DNA of 64,000 nucleotides from Felis catus (lineage: Eukaryota), in the NCBI RefSeq assembly GCF_018350175.1, contig NC_058383.1:10852001-10916000 (forward strand). Reading direction: 5' to 3'. The notes beneath the pieces were generated by a model. The model did not search any database, was not told the origin of the DNA, and saw only the letters and a list, made by a program, of their open reading frames with translations. This document shows positions 38,433 through 51,409 of the stretch, piece by piece. A program made the position numbers and the translations under genes. Every line of letters starts with the position of its first letter. Position 1 is the stretch's first letter.

Positions 38433-40529
38433 ATGAGCTGGGGAGGGCCAGATAGAGAGGGAGGGAGGGAATCCCAAGCAGGCTCCACACTGTCAGGGCA
38501 GAACCAGATGTGGGGCTTGATCTCACGAACCATGACTTGCCTGACTGAGCCACCCAGGCGTCTGCCGTTTTGTTTAAACCTTACTTTGATTGAAAGTGTA
38601 ATACATGCCAATTTCAGAAAAACTTGAAAACACAGAAAAATAGGAGAAATCTCAAACACCCCTAACCCCACCACTGAAAGATACTTGTAACTTACATTTT
38701 TATTCATTTCCTTCCACTCTTTCTTCTGTGCGTGTAGTGCTTCTGTGCTGGGATGTTTTTGTCAGATAACAAAAACCACCCTGACTCAAAAAAAAAGCTA
38801 AAATGGAAGGAAAGCTATTAACGGCCTCAGGGAACAGGAAATCTAGAGGCAGTCAGATGTCAGGGCTGGCGGAGAACAATGACATTCTCAAGGACCCAGG
38901 TGATTTTCCTCCCTTCCAAACACTGACTTCATCTCGAGGGTCTTTTAGGCAGGAAGACAATGGAGGGGCTGAAAGTCTCCTTCTCAGTCTGATTTGCACA
39001 CACCCACTCCTGACCCAGATGCTATCACTGGGAATGCTACAGGCTAAGTGACCAGTGTAGACTTGGTTACACGGTGGGATTACCGCCATTGACTTAGAGC
39101 AATCACCCCCAGAGCTGGGTCAGTTTCCCCTGAGTCACATGGTCTTTTAGGTTGAAAGAAGAGGGAAAGGAGGATGTGTGGCAACAGTGTCTCCTACACA
39201 AATAGATTGACTTAGTCGATAAGATATAATTTCATATCCTTATTATTTCAAGTGATTGTAATACTATAAACATACTTTTTTTTTAAGATTTTATTTTTAA
39301 GTAATCTCTACACCCAACATGGGGCTTGAACTCACAACCCCAAGATCAAGAGTCGCATGCTCAACTGACTGAGCCCACCAGGAGCCCCTGAACATATTCT
39401 TTATGGTTGAAATGTTTATAAATAAATGGCCATAGAATAGTCCAACAAGTTATATAACTTACTTTTTACAACAGCTTATTGAGACACAATTCACCCATTT
39501 AAACTGTACAATTCAATGGTTTTTAGTATATTTCCACAGTTGTGCAACTATCATCACAATTTTCTTTTCTTTTCATTTTTGAGAGAGAGAGACAGAGAGA
39601 GACAGAGCTCAAATGGGGAAGGGAAGGGACAGAGAGAGAGGGAGACACAGAATCTGAAGCAGGCTCCAGGCTCTGAGCTGCCAGCACAGAGCCTGATGCG
39701 GGGTTCAAACTCATGAACCGTGAGATCATGACCTGAGTTGAAGTCAGACGCTTAACTGACTGAGCCACGCAGGTGCCCCTATCATCACCATTTTCTTTTT
39801 TTTTTTTTTTTAATTTTTTTTTTAACGTTTATTTATTTTTGAGACAGAGAGAGACAGAGCATGAACGGGGGAGGGGCAGAGAGAGAGAGGGACACACAGA
39901 ATTGGAAGCAGGCTCCAGGCTCTGAGCCATCAGCCCAGAGCCTGACGTGGGGCTCGAACTCACAGACCGTGAGATCGTGACCTGAGCCGAAGTCGGACGC
40001 TTAACTGACTGAGCCACGCAGGTGCCCCTATCATCACCATTTTCAACATTGTCATTCCCTCAAAAAAAAACCCCTCATACTTACTAGCAGCCACACTACA
40101 TTTCAAGCCCCATAGTACCTGGCTTCTCTCAGTTAGTACAGTATTTTCAAGGTCAATCCCTGTTGTAGCATGTTTCGGTATTTTATTTCCTTTCATTGCT
40201 GAATAATATTCCATTGTGTGAATATACCACGTTAAAAAAGTCTATTGATGAGTTACTGGACATTTGGGTTGTTTCTGGTTTTTTTGGCTATTATAGAGAT
40301 TGTCTTGGGGCGCCTGGGTGGCTCAGTCGGTTGAGAATCCGACTTCGGCTCAGGTCATGATCTCACAGTTTGTGGGTTTGAGCCCCACATCAGGCTCTGT
40401 GCTGACAGCTTGCTCAGAGCCTGCAGCCTGCTTCAGATTCTGTCTCCTTCTCTCTCTCTGCCCCTCCCTGCTCATGCTCTGTCTCTCTCAAAAATAAATA
40501 AATGTTAAAAAAAAATTAAAAAAAAAAGA

Positions 40530-40755
40530 TTGTCTTATTTCATTCAGGCTACTATAAAAAAATGCCATAGACTAGGTAGCACATAAACAACAGAAATTTA
40601 TTTTTCAGTTCTGGGGGCTGGGAAGTCTAAGATCAAGGCACTGGCAGAGTCAGTGTCTGGTGAGAGCCTGCTTCCTCATTAAGGGCCAGCTTCTCATTGT
40701 TAATCTCACATAATGGAAGTGGGGAAGGAGCGCTCTGGGATCTCTTATAAAAGGG
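40530..40755. mobile_element. MLT1A-type LTR fragment
   Basis: ataaacaacagaaatttatttttcagttctgggggctgggaagtctaagatcaaggcactggcaga. Confidence 0.75.
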
Positions 40756-40756
40756 T

Positions 40757-41245
40757 ATTTGTTGAAAAGACCATTTTCCCTCCATTGAATAGTTTTAGCA
40801 CCCGTGCTGAAAAATCAACCAATCATAAAAGTGAGAATTTACATCTGGGCTCTTGGTTCTATTCCATTGATCTCTATGTCTATCCTCAAGCTGTTACTGC
40901 ACTCTATTTTTTACTGTAACTTTGTAGTGATTTTGAAATCAGGAAGTAGTGAGTCCTCCAACTTTATGCTCCTTTTTCAAGATTGTTTTTAGCTATTCTG
41001 GATTCCTTATATTTCTATATGAATCTTAGGATCAGCTTTTTCAATTTCTGGAGGAAAAAAACTAAGATTTTGACAGAGAACACTTTGAATCTAGAAATCA
41101 ACTTGGGAGGACTGCCATCTCAACATTACGAAATCTTTCAATCCATGAACATGGGATGTCTTTACATTTATTGAAGTCTTCCTTAATTTCTTTAATGATG
41201 TTTTATAGTTTTCAGTATACAAATCTTACACCTCTTTTTAAAAAT
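40757..41245 (-). mobile_element. Old L1 ORF2 fragment
   Basis: tttgttgaaaagaccattttccctccattgaat ... gagtcctccaacttt ... caatccatgaacatgggatgtc is antisense L1M ORF2. Confidence 0.85.
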
Positions 41246-42590
41246 GTACTCTTAGGGCACCTGAGTGGCTCTGTGATTGGGATTCTCTTTCTCTCTCTCT
41301 CTCTCTGTCCCCCCACCCCCCGCCCCACTCATGCTCTCTCTCTCTCAAAATAAAATAAACTTACAAAAAATTAACTAAGACAGAGGGAGAATAGCGATAA
41401 TGAGGAGACAAATGGCCATGTCTGTGTCTCAGGATCTATAAAGGAAACCCTACTTTCCATGTTGGGCTCCTAACACCAATGCGTTACCATCATGGCATCT
41501 GTTCTGGGCTGCAGGTTAGCTATTGTCGACTTTATGTGGCAGAGGCTGCCTGGTATGATGTGCACATGTTGGGGCTGGACTTGGTGTGTGGAGCTTTGAA
41601 CATGCCAGGGCAGTGGTGAGTGACCCACATGTCCAAACACACACACTTACTCGGAGACCTTTTAAAAAAAAAATTTGTTTTATGTTTATTTTTGAGAGAG
41701 ACAGAGCATGAGTGGGGGAGAGGCAGAGGGGGAGGGAGACACAGAATCTGAAGGAGGCTCCAGCCTCTGAGTTGTCGGCACGGAGCCTGATGCGGGGCTC
41801 GAACTCGCAAACCATGAGATCGTGACCTGAGCTGAAGTTGGACACTTAACCCACTGAGCCACCCAGCCCCACCACAGAGATCTCTACTGTGACAATATGA
41901 GTGTGCCCCGTTCGTGTATGCCTGCTTTCACCAAACACAACCGAGCCATGCTTGACATCCTTTGTCAGCAAAGGGGATTTCAGAGACGGACCTGTGTGTG
42001 GACAATGACACGAGGACAGTAGCAGTGGGAGGTCACACTTCAAGAATGCTCCCTCTGTGCCAGGCCCAGCTCTAAGCACCTGCTGAAGACTAACGCAATT
42101 AAAGCTCATAACAACCTTTTGAGGCGATGCTTTTGTTTGCTCCCTTTTGCAGCAGAGAAAACTTGCCCAAGGTGACACAGCCAGTGACGAGCAGAGTCTG
42201 GATTTGAACCTGGAGCCGGAGTGCTTAGCTATCGTGCTATTCCCTCCCTCTACAAAACTATCAAAACAGAACAGATAAAGTGCTACAGCGGTAAATACGG
42301 TAACAATAAATAAATAAGACTCTGGCAGTGGGCATAGGGTCCTGCAGAAGAAGTTCACTCTACCTGGTGGAGTTGAGTTTCCACTGAGCCTTGAAAAAAG
42401 AATTCACTAGAACCCAACAGTGGGAAGGTTGTTTCAAGTCGATGTGACAGCAGACAGCCGTGCAGGGGCTCACGGTGTGCAGCTAGCATCGGGCTATATG
42501 TTACAGAAATGCTCTCCTTAAAATCATAGGGAGGAGGAGCTACACAGAACAATTTTCTTTCTTTTTTTTAATAATTTTATTTATTTTAAG

Positions 42591-42623
<33 letters not shown>

Positions 42624-44118
42624 TGTGAGCGCACACACACGTGAGTGGGGAGGAACAGAGAGAGAATCCCCAGTGAGCTCTGCACTGTCAGCACGGAGCC
42701 CGATGCGGGGCTCCACGCAGGTTCGAACTCATGAAATGTGAGATCATGATCTGAGCTGAAGTCAGAAGCTCAACTGACTGAGCCACCCAGGTGCCCCCAC
42801 AGAAGAATTTTCTTAATCATTATGTCTTCTCTCTCTGCTCATTTCAACTGCAACTGAAATAACATTTTATTTAAACCAAAAATATTTTAAAAATTTTAAT
42901 TAAAAAAAAGCTTTACATTTAAAATACATATTGTGGGGGGCGCCTGATTTCAGCTCAGGTCATGAGGTCATGATTTCGTGGTTCACGTGAGTTTGGGCCC
43001 CTCCACGGTCAGTGCGCTGGAGTCTGCTTTGGATCCTCTGTCCTTCTTTCTCTCTCTCTGCCCCTGTCCCACTCGCACTGTCTGAAAAAAAAAATTTTTT
43101 TTTTAATTAAATACATATTTTGGAGGGCACCTGGGTGGCTCAGTCGTTTCAGCATCCGACTCTCGATCTCGGCTTGGATCGTGATCCCAGAGTCGTGGAT
43201 CAAGCCCCTTCTTGGGCTCCATGCAGACCCTGGAGCCTGCTTGGGATTCTCCTCTCAGCACTAAATAAATAAATAAAATATCTATTTTTTAATTTAGTAA
43301 GTAATCTCTCCACCCAAGAAGGGCCTTGAACTCACGACCAACCCTAAGATCAAGAGTAGCACAACTCCTCTGACTGAGCCAGCCAGGCACCCCTGAAATA
43401 TTTTTAAGAGAAATATTACTTATTGTTTTCTTTTTTTTCCTTTTATTTATTTATTGTTCTCTTCAATCTTTATTTGAGAGAGAGAGAGACAGAGAGACAG
43501 AGCACAAGCATGGGAGGGGCGGAGAGACAGGTAGGGAGACACAGAATCCGAAGCAAGGCTCCAGGTTCCGAGCTATCAGCACAGAGGCCGACACGGGGCT
43601 CGAACTCACGGACGGCAAGATCATGACCTGAGCCGAAGTCGGACGCTGAGCAGACTGAGCCAGCCAGGTGCCCTCTTTTTTTGTTTTTTAATGTTGATGT
43701 TTTAATTTTTTTAATTGCTTGATTTCTAATCGCCACGTGTCTATGATACTCTAACTGCTTTTCAACGGGCCCAGAATGATATAAAACGACAGCTGACCGG
43801 CCCAAAGACTTCCAGGGGCTTTTTGGTCTGAGGGAACGTGCCTTGGTAGCAGTAACCGGAAGACCATGGAAGATGGTGGATTCTTGCCTCAACTGGAAAT
43901 TTATAAAAATTTTCCATGAGGTGGCAGCAGCTGCTCAAGCAGTCCTGGAAAATGAGCTCAGCTGAAAATTCAAGGTTGTTGTCGTTGTCGTTGTTGTTGT
44001 TTGCCATTAGAGTGAGATCTCTTTCAACATTGCCTGTCTTTGAATAAAATCTATGCGTTAAAAATTCTTTGATTTAGAAATGAAAACTGGTTTCTTTTTT
44101 TTTTTAATGTTTACTTAT

Positions 44119-44123
<5 letters not shown>

Positions 44124-44172
<49 letters not shown>
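44124..44172 (+). repeat. (GA)n microsatellite within a SINE
   Basis: Read directly from the sequence. Confidence 0.95.
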
Positions 44173-44175
<3 letters not shown>

Positions 44176-47100
44176 GGGGAGGGGCAGCCAGAGGGGCGCG
44201 TACAGAGGACCCAAAACAGGCTCTGTGCTGACAGCAGTGAGCCCGGATGCGGGGCTCGAACTCACGAACCATGAGATCATGACCTGAGCGGAAGTCAGAC
44301 GCTCAACCTACTGAACCACCTGGGCGCCCCTTGAAGCTATTTTCTACCCGCTAATACTGACCGAGGCTCTCTTGTCTTTCAAGGTCATTTCGAAGAGGTC
44401 AGATGAAAGATGCAAAATTCAATTCCCACCACAGCTACTAGAAAGCAGGATTTAATTTTAGCCCTGCCAAACAACGTGGAGCGGGCGGGAAGTGATTTTG
44501 GCATCTGGAAGTGTTTCGTGCTTCACACCAAGTGAGCGCGCCTCTTACTCCGCACTCTCGGGCCGGCTGTCCTGTGAATTTCTATTTGCTCAGAAATTAT
44601 GCTGATCTCAGTTTCCGCCCTGAGCAAGGAAAACGAGGGTAAGAAAAGAATGGAGCGAGCCCAAGTGCAGGGAACAAAACATAGAATGGATGGGCCTTCA
44701 CAGAAGAGGATTGTTTCAGTCCCAGAACAAAGGGGCAGATGGATTAGGCCGGTCTGAGCCCTGGCTCCGCCTCTTACCAGCTGGGCCCTCACCTGATCTC
44801 CTGAGCTAGGGTTTTCCACCGCAGAGTGAATGACAATACCTTTTCGCAGCACTGCCGAGTGCAAAGGGGAGAATGTCCTCTGGGCCACACCAGTTGGTTG
44901 GAATTACAGCAGATACTTTATCGGGTCGCTGAAATATGTTTACCCGCTGACTTTTCTTTTTTTTCCTTTGCCTGTTTCCCCACACAGGAAAGACGATGGA
45001 AATAAGATCAAAGTCATAATCCTCTTGTCGATCTACGTTGGGCCGCTGGTCATCCCCGGCCCCGGCTGCATGTCAGAATCGCCTTGGAGCCCTCGCCCCA
45101 GCCCAGGGCAATGGCCACAGTCCCTCTGGGTGGGGTGTGAATTTGAAGCAGCCACTTCCCAAACCCTCTGAATGTCCTTGAAGGGACTCTGCCTCACCCA
45201 GAGTGGTCACGTGATTTCCTTGCTAAGGACACTGCCGGCCGAGAAACCAAAGATTTTGCTTAAATGAATCTGTTAACTGCTTCAAATCCGGCCTTGCAGA
45301 TCCCTTGGGGTATAAAGCGGGCCTGACCTCACCGCGTTAAATGGACACACTTTCATTCTGATGTTAGAGCAGCATCTTAACGAGCATCTTTATAGACTTA
45401 TTCCACATTGAAAGTGGATATCTGTGACCTATAATTTGCAAGATCTTTAATTTAACATAATTATAAGGACACTTCTGAAATTAATGGTCAAGTGAACGAC
45501 GGCACTAGATAACTATTCCAATATATTACTTCAACACCTTCCTTCTCTCTTCTCCAAAATGATGTTTCAATTCAGGTGGTTCTTTGGGTTTTTTTGCTTT
45601 TTGGTTTTGTTTGTTTGTCTTTACTGTTTCAAGTACTATTTGTTGTGCCCAAGTTATGAAGGCCCTGTGGAGAAAATATTAGCAGTTTTTGGCTAAATCA
45701 GTTTTAAGGCAAAGGCATTCGTTAATAAGGCATTTTCTCTTTTTATTACTAATTTTTTTAGTAAGGAATTTTCAAATGTGACTATTCCAGAAGGCTTCTC
45801 TATGCCACCTGATCAAGATGAATTTACTGTAATATCCCCTTTTTCTGGAAGGTGGCTGCATATATCTGGACGGAACTCATAATTTTTCTAAATATGTGCA
45901 CAATTAAAAAAATATATTCTGTATTAAAACCCAAACAATTTTCATACCACTTCCCTTTCCAGGCTTTCTTGTAAAACGTTGTCCTGACATGTCTTGGTGA
46001 AAAAAAAAAAACAAATGTGCACTGAACTTCCTGTCTTCAAAACAGAGATATTCTCTTCCTGCAGCCTTGGAAACCAGAGAGCAGCCCACACTAAGACTTC
46101 TGGTCAAAAGCAAAACTCAGGCTGCTGGGGTCCAGGGATTTCTGTGTTAGGGGCCACACATCCACTGGGATGTGGCCACTATGCGTACCTGAAGCACCTC
46201 TCTTATATCATCCTAACCACATCGACGGCTCATCCTAACTGCTGACTGCATTTGAAAGTGATCCCCAGGCACAAAGCCATCCAGCGTCAGGTCATACAAA
46301 GCCACAAAATATTCATGATCTTCTGCAGACCCGGCAGATTGTTTCTTAATTGTGGTAAAGTGCACATAACATAAGATGTTCCGTCTTAACCATTTTCAGC
46401 ATACAGTTCATTAGGGGTAAGCACATCGTGTTGTTGTGCAACTGACCTCCAGAACTCATTTCATCTTGCAAAACTGGAGCTCCATACCTATTAAACAACT
46501 CCCCCCGCCCCCGGCTCCTGGCAACTGCCCTTCTGTTTTCTGTCTCTACGAACATGACCACTCCAAGTATTGCACCCTTTTGGGGAAGCAAAATGTTTTT
46601 TTCTTTTAAGCTTATTTATTGACTTAAATAATTTCTACACACGACATGGGGCTTTAACTCTCAACCCCAAGATCAAGAGTCACACGCTCTTCCGACGGAG
46701 CCAGCCGGGTGTCCCTGGAAGCAAAATGTTTTTAATCACAACTGCATCCCATCAAATTTACAGCCAGAAAGCGGAAGGTCTGAAAGTTTGAACTTTACGA
46801 TTAAGTATGTAAAACATACTCAGACACACGCATCCACACATACTCACGAACACACAATTCTGATAGAACTGAGCTTGGCGGGGCAGGGGGCGGCACCTGG
46901 GTGGCTCAGGCGGTTAAGCGTCTGAGTGGATTTCAGCTCAGGTCATGATCTTACGGTTTGTGAGTTCCAGCCCCCCATCGGGCTCCGTGCTGATGGCACG
47001 GAGCCTGCTTGGGATTTTGTCTCCCCTCGCTGCCCTCACCTACTTGTGCGCACGCGCTCTCCCTCTCAAAATAAATAAACTTAAAAAATAAAAAGAACTG

Positions 47101-47625
47101 AGCTTGGGACAAAGTCCATCTCTGGGGGCCACTGAAGGCCTGTTTCGTGAAACTGCTTCTCCAGGTGTTTCACCTGGACGAGCAGAAAAGTGTGCTTTCG
47201 GCAACTGGCAAGGGTCAAGGTCTTTTAAGTTATACAAGAATGGGCCTGCAGAGAGGGTTCCCAGGATGCAACCTGGAACTGAAACCCGACATGAAACCAG
47301 CTGCAGAAGGGAAGAGCCGCCACCTCTGAGATCAAACCCAGGGCCAGGTGTGTGCAAAGGGGCCTTGGGGGCTCGGAGCACTAGCCTGCGAATTTCACAA
47401 AAGACTCACCTGCTTCTGCAGATTTGGCTTTGAGGATTGGTTTCCTATGCCTCCCATGTTTTCTGCAGCTCCCATGCCAGCCTGGCCCAGGGTCAAGGTA
47501 GGCTGGATCCAAGAAGGAGAGGGGAGCAGGTGCCCTGAGGACTCTCACACAGAGCCCATCAGGAACAACTTATTACTGCCTCCGTGCTGAAAACAGCTGT
47601 GTCCTTACTTTACAAAAACGTAGAA

Positions 47626-47860
47626 GGGGCACCTGGGTGGCGCAGTCGGTGAAGCGGCCGACTTCAGCCCGGTCACGATCTCGCGGTCCGTGAGTTCGAG
47701 CCCCGCGTCGGGCTCTGGGCTGATGGCTCAGAGCCTGGAGCCTGTTTCCGATTCTGTGTCTCCCTCTCTCTCTGCCCCTCCCCCGTTCATGCTCTGTCTC
47801 TCTCTGTCCCAAAAATAAATAAAAAACGTTGAAAAAAAAATTTTAAAAATAAAAAAAACG
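47626..47860 (+). mobile_element. Very young SINEC_Fc subfamily copy with TSD
   Basis: Variants gcgcagtcggt and ctgggctgatggct, CpGs intact, TSD aaaaacgtagaagg. Confidence 0.93.
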
Positions 47861-48814
47861 TAGAAGGCGTTGCTGGCTGTCCTCTGGCGGCAGGGCCAGG
47901 GTAGGGCCGAGCACAGGTCAGCAGCCTGAGTGACACAGGAGGCTTGACCTGCAGCTTCACCCATGTTCCAAAGATGGGCTTCAGGGGGCGCCTGGGTGGC
48001 TCGGTTAGTTAAGCGTCAGACTTTTGGTTTTGGCTCAGGTCATGATCTCACGGTTTGTGGGTTCTAGCCCCACATTGGCCTCTGTGCTGACAGTGTGGAG
48101 TCTGCTTGGGATTCTGTCTCTGCCCCTCCCCAGCTCGTGCTCGCTCTCTCTCTCTCTCAAAATAAATAAACTTAAAAACGAAAAAAAAAAAAAAAAAAAA
48201 AGATGGGGCATCAGGAATGTGGCGGGGAGGGCCCTCACTGAGGCCTCAGGACTGTTATTTTTCCCCTAACCTTCTGTTGCTGTGCAGTTTGTCTAGATAG
48301 TTCTGTCCTTCCTTTTTAAACCACAAAGGCTTGCAAGAGACTGGCCTCCACTGCCCAAGTGTGACAATGGCCGCTTCTGGGGCCTGGTTGGGGAAGGGGC
48401 TGTGGGATGTGGGGCTGGCTCCTGGGGCCACCAGATCTCCTTCAAGGCACTGCTTGTCCACACAGCCCTTTGCCCATGTCCTGCCCTCCCTACCCTCCGA
48501 GGCCTTGTCCAGCCGTCCCACCCCCAACCTGCATGGGCCTCAGCTTCCTGGGGACTCGAGGCACCTGTCCCGGCATTTCCATGGGGGCTTCTCTGGTCCC
48601 ATGGAATATTCCACATGCTGGAGGAGAAAGGGACTTCCTTGGGATGCCGGCAGTGGCCATGGTGGTTTGGGCTGGCACAGAGATGTGGGTGCGTGGATGA
48701 GTGACAGCTCCCATGCCCCCTCCCCTCTCCTACCATAATCCCTCACCAGCCAAGGGAAGCTAACGGAACGTCTGTGTTGAGAGTCTCTCTTTCCTTCTCT
48801 CCCCTTCTCTTCTC

Positions 48815-49390
48815 TCTCGGTTTGGCACTTTGCTAAAAGTTAAACATGCATCTGTCTACCTTAAGAACTAACAACTCCACTTCCACTTACCCAAGGGAAG
48901 TGAAAACATGTCCACACAAAGACTCATATAAGAACATCGACGGCAGTTTTATCCACAACAACCCCAATGTGGAGACGCTCCAAATGCTCATCACGGATGG
49001 AGTGACTGTGGCCGCACAAAGAAATACCACTCAGCAGCAAGAAGGAACAGATCACTAATACACACAATAACATGAATCCGACTCCAAAAGCGTTAGGCAG
49101 GGTGAGCGCTGTAAGCCGGATGAGGCCATTAATATGAAATTCTGGAAGAGGCAAACCGGCGACAGAAAACAGATTGAAGATCTCGGGGGCCTGGGATGTG
49201 GGAAGGTGAGGTGAAGAACGAGCACGAAGGGGCACAAGGGTGCTTTTTTTGAGTGACAGAAATGTTTTGGATCTTGATTCTGGTGGGGGTTCCACAGGTA
49301 AATACATTTGTCAAAAACTCATTGAACGAAACACATAAAAAGGAATCACCTGATTCTGCGTAAATAACACACTTCGATAAAGGTGTTTTT
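48815..49390 (+). mobile_element. Old L1 (L1MC/ME-type) 3' fragment
   Basis: ttacccaagggaagtgaaaacatgtccacacaaagact ... aaattctggaagaggcaaac ... aatacatttgtcaaaaactcattgaac. Confidence 0.8.
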
Positions 49391-51409
49391 TTGTTTTTGT
49401 TTTTTTAAAAAAAAGCAGCTCAGTCTAGCTTCCCCAAGTGGGTGGCACCATTTCGCCTGGAAACAAGCTGGAATGACAGGCATCCTGACCGACGTGTCCA
49501 GCACAAACTACTTAGGTGGCACAGAGGGCCCATTGTGACCAGACCGCAGAGTCTCTCTCCAGCCCGTCCTGCACCCTGTCCCTGAGCCCCGGCCAGCACA
49601 AACTATTTACCAATTCTCTCTGCGAGCAGTGCACTTTGACACCTTCCGTGTCTTTGACCTGCTCTTCTCTTTGCCATCAATACTCACCCCCAACCTTTTT
49701 GCTGGGGAAGTTCCACGCATCCTTGAAAGCTGGACTCAAGCGTCTCTTCCCCACCTCCTCTGGGCTCTCCCTACAGCTCTGCAAGCCACACTGTATTGTA
49801 TTATAGGCTGTTACCCTCCTGTCCTCCCTCCTCCCATCCTCCCACAGTCCGGAAACCCCTCGAAGCCAGGAGTGGTGTCGTACTTCGCTCTGATTCCTTT
49901 AAAGTACCTAGCACATTCCTTGAATGTCTGTTGGGCAAGATGGTAGGCCTAAGTTAGCTAAACAGAGAATCACAACCTTCCGAACCTTCTCCCCAACTTG
50001 CAGATGAGGACATGAGGCTCCCAGAGCTCAGGCGATGATGCTGAAGACCTCAGGGGCGGGATGTGGCATTGTTAAGTGGCAGGTGCAGAGGGAGGATGGT
50101 GAATGAAGCCCCGTCCCAGCCGTCAGTGAGCTCATGGAGGACAGAGGCTCACAAATAGTGGGGAAACATAGGCCGAATGGAGACACGAGGGAATGAATTC
50201 ATTCATTCATTCATTCATTCATTCGAGTCGCCCTCCCTCCCCCTTACAGTCTGCAGCAGCATGCAGGAGTGGGCACAACAGGTGCTGTCTCCTCCCCTAC
50301 CCCGCCCACCCCAGAGGGAACTAACCCACAGAACTGCAGCATAACCCTTCTTAAAGGCAGCCAGCTATGGACCTCAGGGATTAGTTTGGCTAAAGGATTC
50401 ATAGTTTTTTGTTGGGCTTATAGTCACAGCTGTGCTGTTTTCTTCTTTTTTTAAATGTTTTATTTATTTTTGAGAGAGAGAGAGAGCACAAGCAGGGGAG
50501 GGTCAGAGAGAGAGGGACAGAGTATCTGAGCAAGTTCCAGGCTGACAGCAACGAGCCCAATGCGGGGCTCAAACTCATGAACCGCGAGATCATGACCCCA
50601 GCTGAAGTTGGACCTCAACCGACTGAGCCACCCAGGCACCCCTGTTTTTTGCTTTTTTTTAATGGTAAGGTTTTTTTTTAATCTTTATTTTTGAGAGAGA
50701 GTGAGAGAGACAGAGTGCAAGCGGGGGAGGAACAGAGAGAGAGGGAGACACAGAATCCAAAGCAGGTTCCAGGCTCTGAGCTGTCAGCAAAGAGCCCAAT
50801 GTGGGGCTCGAACCCATGAACCGCGAGTTCATGACCTGAGCCGAAGTCAGACGCTTAACCAACTGAGCCACCTAGGTGTCCTATCACAGCTATGTTTTGT
50901 ACTTTATTATAAAAACTCTTTTGATTTTATTAACGAGGTTCGTGGTGGCACGGCTTGCGTTTTGGCTAGAATGTGAACCTTGCATAAATGTCATGGCTCT
51001 GTGGGTGCCTAGAACAGGGCTGGAATGTAGCAAATGTTCTGGTATTTGTTGTAAGTTCTGTCCCATCTCATTTTCTGAAACAGAATTTTGGGAGAGTAGA
51101 CTCTGCTGGTCAGATTTTTTAAAAAAATCTTTTAATTTCCTATGTCTGTCTGCAATATGTTTGAAAATTGCTCACAGATAATTTCACTTGACTTGAAAAC
51201 AAAGTATAACCTTTTGTTTGGAGCCAGATAAAGTTTTCTCTTCCTTTCCAATTTATTGGTAGAATGGATAAAATTGTGATACGTCATCTTACCTCATGGT
51301 ATCACCCAGAACAATGCAGTTGAGAAACTCATACCTGTGTTCTACTTTATGCCTTTGTAAGAACTAAACCTAGTGTCAAATTATGATGAAACCAAATTAT
51401 TGCTGCTTC

